Shown one piece after another: positions 1 to 598 of a stretch of 598 nt of DNA. Positions within the stretch are counted from its first letter, which is position 1; each line of letters begins with the position of its first letter. A program made the translations under genes and the position numbers. The notes under the pieces are model-generated. The model made no database searches. It saw only the letters and a program-made list of their open reading frames with translations, and was not told the origin of the DNA. Source of the stretch: a phage; the sequence record AF056272.1, one strand, 5' to 3'.

Positions 1-2
1 AA

Positions 3-386
3 AAATTATGGGAANTATCAAGACCCTATGTTAATACAGTAGACGTTATNGATTTCGGAATAGACAAACGTTTCTTCCGTCTACCTGTTTCTGGAATATT
101 AGCACAAGAAGGTATTACACCTAACGGCCCTCAAATAGCAATTATCAATGCCCTAGAAGACCCTANACATCNTTTTGTAACGGCGTGTGTATCACGCCGT
201 GTAGGTAAATCTTTTATAGCATATACACTTGGGTTCCTAAAATTGCTGGAACCTAATGTGAAGGTACTAGTAGTTGCCCCGAACTACTCACTGGCCAATA
301 TCGGATGGTCTCAGATTCGTGGTCTTATTAAGAAATATGGGTTGCAAACAGAACGTGAGAACGCTNAAGATAAAGAGATTGAATAG
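3..386 (+). CDS. terL: Frame-3 segment of the terminase large subunit ORF, containing Walker A; open from the window edge to an in-frame TAG at 384-386 that is probably not the true C-terminus
   Basis: 128 codons with no stop from nt 3. There is no ATG at the start of this frame, so the gene begins upstream. The codon NAA at 366-368 would be a stop if N=T. The TAG at 384-386 falls exactly where the protein similarity moves into frame 2. Confidence 0.7.
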   Translation, partial: KLWEXSRPYVNTVDVXDFGIDKRFFRLPVSGILAQEGITPNGPQIAIINALEDPXHXFVTACVSRRVGKSFIAYTLGFLKLLEPNVKVLVVAPNYSLANIGWSQIRGLIKKYGLQTERENAXDKEIE

Positions 387-598
387 CTAATGGTTCTCTA
401 TTTAAACTAACTTCCGCGCNCAAGCTGACTCCGCATTGGACTTCATATGAATTNATCATCTGTGACAAACCGCAATTCCCATTTGGTNGTGATCCTCAGG
501 TTCAACTGCGTCCACTCTAAATAACCTAACTCTAAGCCTATTTATTCCCACCCCTGAAANTACTGGTTAAAAATTNACCCTACGATTGAANAAACTTT
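3..598 (+). CDS. terL: Phage terminase large subunit (TerL, T4 gp17-like), internal fragment covering the N-terminal packaging ATPase domain; partial at both ends; reading frame broken at about nt 383 and about nt 515 in this read
   Basis: Manual translation. Frame 3 (nt 3-383) gives ...FRLPVSGILAQEGITPNGPQIAIINALEDPXHXFVTACVSRRVGKSFIAYTLGFLKLLEPNVKVLVVAPNYSLANIGWSQIRGLIKKYGLQTERENAXDKEIE. Frame 2 (nt 383-517) gives IANGSLFKLTSAXKLTPHWTSYEXIICDKPQFPFGXDPQVQLRPL. Frame 1 (nt 505-567) gives TASTLNNLTLSLFIPTPEXTG. The order Walker A, hydrophobic helix, Walker-B-like hhhhD, then a Thr/Pro-rich stretch, with about 91 codons between Walker A Ser and the Walker-B Asp, matches T4 gp17 (SRQLGKT, MIYID-E, TTT as I recall them). 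No database search was run. Confidence 0.65.
181..199. repeat. Perfect 7-bp inverted repeat (cggcgtg / cacgccg) with a 5-nt loop, GC-rich hairpin potential inside the Walker A coding region
   Basis: nt 181-187 cggcgtg is the exact reverse complement of nt 193-199 cacgccg; the loop is tgtat. No U-run follows immediately, so it is not a typical intrinsic terminator. Confidence 0.5.
186..212 (+). other. Deviant Walker A (P-loop) motif CVSRRVGKS, the terminase-type variant lacking the first Gly and carrying Arg residues
   Basis: Codons tgt gta tca cgc cgt gta ggt aaa tct. Compare T4 gp17 SRQLGKT and lambda gpA KSARVGYS, both recalled from the literature. Confidence 0.7.
383..520 (+). CDS. terL: Frame-2 continuation of the same terminase ORF (Walker-B-like region), ending at TAA 518-520
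   Basis: Frame 2 is closed by TGA at 380-382 and open from 383. Its translation begins IANGSLFKL, so inserting one base near 384 would give ...DKEIE-L-ANGS..., comparable to the T4 gp17 region I recall as SIELDNGSSI. It then runs into a Walker-B-like [F/L]IICD at 452-466 followed by QFPFG. Confidence 0.5.
   Translation: MANGSLFKLTSAXKLTPHWTSYEXIICDKPQFPFGXDPQVQLRPL
452..469 (+). other. Walker-B-like motif [F/L]IICD followed by Lys (frame 2)
   Basis: Codons ttn atc atc tgt gac aaa: four hydrophobic residues then Asp. A catalytic Glu is expected directly after the Asp in terminase ATPases, but the sequence reads AAA (Lys). Confidence 0.4.
505..570 (+). other. Possible frame-1 continuation of the terminase ORF (Thr/Pro-rich stretch, candidate ATPase coupling-motif region), low-quality 3' part of the read
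   Basis: Frame 1 is open 505-567 (TASTLNNLTLSLFIPTPEXTG) and ends at TAA 568-570. The PTP at 547-555 lies about 28 codons after the Walker-B Asp, similar to the spacing of the TTT coupling motif in T4 gp17. Three Ns fall in the last 40 nt. Confidence 0.25.

Noticed and set aside
8-34. ATG at 8-10 as a possible gene start
   Set aside because: It is in frame 2, which hits TAA at 32-34 after 8 codons. The real coding frame (frame 3) is already open from nt 3 with no ATG, so the gene starts upstream of the window.
181-216. Hairpin at 181-199 as a rho-independent terminator
   Set aside because: It lies inside conserved coding sequence and is not followed directly by a T-run; the nearest T-rich stretch, tctttta, starts about 10 nt downstream.
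131-284. Reverse-strand open stretch of about 50 codons
   Set aside because: It has no ATG, it is the longest stop-free run on the minus strand, and it lies antisense to the strongly supported terminase coding frame. It is a typical shadow ORF.
384-386. TAG at 384-386 as the genuine end of a short Walker-A-only protein
   Set aside because: A terminase ATPase needs the downstream Walker B and coupling motifs, and exactly those appear immediately downstream in another frame. A frame error is much more likely than a true stop.
514-535. 7-bp direct repeat actctaa at 514-520 and 529-535
   Set aside because: It is short, sits in AT-rich sequence where such matches arise by chance, and lies in the error-prone 3' part of the read. 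There is no evidence of a functional repeat or attachment site.
387-598. Intron or homing-endonuclease insertion, or an intergenic or non-coding region after the apparent stop
   Set aside because: The downstream sequence continues to encode the expected terminase motifs directly, in shifted frames, with no intervening non-coding stretch. No intron-like features were identified by eye.

Overview
This 598-nt window (about 40% GC, 11 ambiguous N bases) is essentially one plus-strand coding fragment, which I read as the N-terminal ATPase domain of a phage terminase large subunit (TerL, T4 gp17-like). The gene begins upstream of the window and almost certainly continues beyond it. Frame 3 is open from nt 3 to a TAG at 384-386 and encodes a deviant, arginine-containing Walker A motif (CVSRRVGKS, nt 186-212). 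The terminase-like sequence then continues in frame 2 (nt 383-520, with a Walker-B-like hydrophobic run ending in Asp) and probably again in frame 1 (nt 505-570). That makes two apparent single-base frame breaks, which I attribute mainly to read errors, though a genuine frameshift or pseudogene cannot be excluded from sequence alone. I see no rRNA, tRNA, CRISPR array, mobile-element terminus or convincing promoter or terminator, and no reverse-strand ORF longer than about 50 codons. I do not see evidence for a novel system here; the window is an ordinary, probably error-containing, piece of a phage or prophage DNA-packaging gene. All homology statements rest on manual translation and recalled motifs, not on database searches.
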